Assembly: GCF_004010195.1 (NCBI RefSeq)
Contig: NC_057749.1
Location: 23,873,438-23,893,437 of the forward strand
DNA length: 20,000 nt
Origin: Chiloscyllium plagiosum
Lineage: Eukaryota
Reading direction: 5' to 3'
In this document: piece by piece, positions 18,558 to 20,000 of the stretch
Layout: each line of letters starts with the position of its first letter
Numbering within the stretch: position 1 is the first letter of the stretch
Translations under genes and position numbers: made by a program
The notes under the pieces: generated by a model
Told to the model about the DNA's origin: nothing
The model's input: only the letters and a program-made list of their open reading frames with translations
The model's database searches: none

Positions 18558-18884
18558 TTCATAGAATCCCTACAGTGTGGAAACAGGTCATTTGGCCCAA
18601 CAAGTTCACACTGACTCTCCAAAGAGTATTCTCACCCAGACCCATTCCCCTATCCTATTACTCCACGTTTACCCTGCCTAATGCACCTAACCTACACATC
18701 CCCTGAACACCATGGGCAATTTAGCATGGCCAATTCACCTAACCTGCACATCTTTGGACTGTGGGAGAAAACCCACGCAGACACAGGGAAAGTGTGCAAA
18801 CTCCACACAGACAGTCACCCGAGGGTGGAATCGAATCCAGGGCCCTGGTGCTGTGAAGCAGCAGCGCTAACCACTGTGCCGCCC
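18558..18884 (-). mobile_element. HE1 SINE (short variant)
   Basis: Reverse-complement HE1 with the same two deletions as 11571-11877. Confidence 0.92.
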
Positions 18885-18979
18885 TGTCTTATTGTGTTAT
18901 ACAAATGCATCAGGGTAACGGAGCCGAGTGCAGGATACAACTGCTGAGGGGGTGCAGAGAGAGACTGACGTTAACATTA

Positions 18980-19445
18980 GCATTATCATGGTATTATCAC
19001 TGGACTGTTAATCCAGGCACCCAGATAATGTTCTGGGAACCGGAGTTTGAACCATGCCACGGCACATGGTGAAATTGGAATTCAATAAAAATCTGGAATT
19101 AGGAGTCTAATGATGAATCCATTGTCAATTGTCAGGAAAAACCTATCTAGTTCACTCATGTACTTGAGGGAAGAAACCTTACCTGGTCGAGCTAACATGT
19201 GAGCACCCTTGGTTAGAGACAAAAAGAACTGCAGATACTGGAATCCATAGTAGACAGGCAGGAGGCTGGAAGAACACAGCCAGCCAGGCAGCATCAGGAG
19301 GTGGGGAAGGCAGCATTTTGGGTATAACCCTTCTGCACCTCCTGATGCTGCCTGGCTGGCTGCGTTCTTCCAACCTCACACCTATCTACTTGACGTGTGA
19401 CCACAGCAATGGTGGTAACACTAAACAGTGTTCTGGGCAATAAAT
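18980..19445 (+). mobile_element. tRNA-derived SINE, second family, interrupted by a PLE fold-back
   Basis: Head TGGTATTATCACTGGACTGTTAATCCAG, core to ACATGTGA (19202), resumes CCACAGCAATGG..TCTGGGCAAT after 19400. Confidence 0.8.
19203..19392 (-). mobile_element. PLE-derived fold-back insertion with HHR remnant
   Basis: Arms GGAAGAACACAGCCAGCCAGGCAGCATCAGGAGGTG / CACCTCCTGATGCTGCCTGGCTGGCTGCGTTCTTCC. The minus-strand loop reads AGA-A-GGGT-TAT-ACCC-AAAATG. Candidate TSD ACATGTGA/ACGTGTGA. Confidence 0.8.
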
Positions 19446-20000
19446 TGTCTGTGACACCCTCTTCCTGTGAATGAACCACCATAAAGTGAGCAGAGCTACG
19501 CTAGCTCAGAGCAAAGAGGGGTTGAACAATGAGAGTCCCTATTTCCGCACATCGGGCACCTCAAGTGCTGTAGTTGGTGCTTGTCGATGCCAAATGAGGG
19601 ATAATTTTCTTTTTATGTACTGCAGCACCCTGCCCATTCGGGATCACCATTCCAAGTGGGCGTCTTGCTGGACGTGAGCAGTCGAGAATGTTCCACCTCT
19701 TTGCTCTGATGTGCCACTGATTCAAAGTCTCATAGCCCCCCTTTCCCCCTATCATCACTGGCATTTTGTATGCTACCTTGTATCAGAGACACTGCTGGGG
19801 CTAGCAGCCGAAGTCTGGGCAGAATGGCCAGCACTTCTTGGCGGTGTCATCCTCCTTACCCAAAGGTAGAAAGTTTGTTTGTGCCGTCCCCAGTGTTAGA
19901 TTCCTAGGGGACCGCCTTTCCTAAGCTTGGTCTGACCAAGAGTAACCTTTCTACTGGGGTTGGGGGGGGGGGGTGGAAGAGAGAGAGAATGGGGGCAGTT

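Noticed and set aside
19956..19976. G-run with G-quadruplex potential
   Set aside because: A simple homopolymer at the window edge with no functional context. Its length may be a sequencing artefact.
1..20000. Prokaryotic-type systems (CRISPR array, operon, retron)
   Set aside because: No regularly spaced repeat-spacer units or gene-dense organisation. The content is vertebrate retroelements.

Overview
This is repeat-dense, non-coding vertebrate DNA, almost certainly from an elasmobranch (shark). It holds eight copies of the HE1 V-SINE and many 5'-truncated CR1-clade (HER1-like) LINE pieces. It also holds two other tRNA-derived SINE families, one degenerate Deu-domain SINE, and two homologous solo-LTR-like elements in opposite orientation. 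No intact protein-coding gene is supported; most tracked ORFs are chance read-throughs of repeats. The most notable signal is about eight remnants of Penelope-like elements (PLEs) carrying minimal hammerhead-ribozyme (HHR) motifs (CTGAnGA-stem-GAAACGTH). One retains the GIY-YIG endonuclease C-terminus. Several are short fold-back insertions with 8-16 bp target-site duplications, often nested in other retroelements. One HHR core (14059-14086, minus strand) is fully intact. A repeat-free island near 6600-7650 has splice-like signals (a possible 5-nt microexon and a downstream exon), hinting that the window lies inside a plus-strand gene. Family names come from my recall of consensus sequences rather than a database search, and boundaries are approximate.
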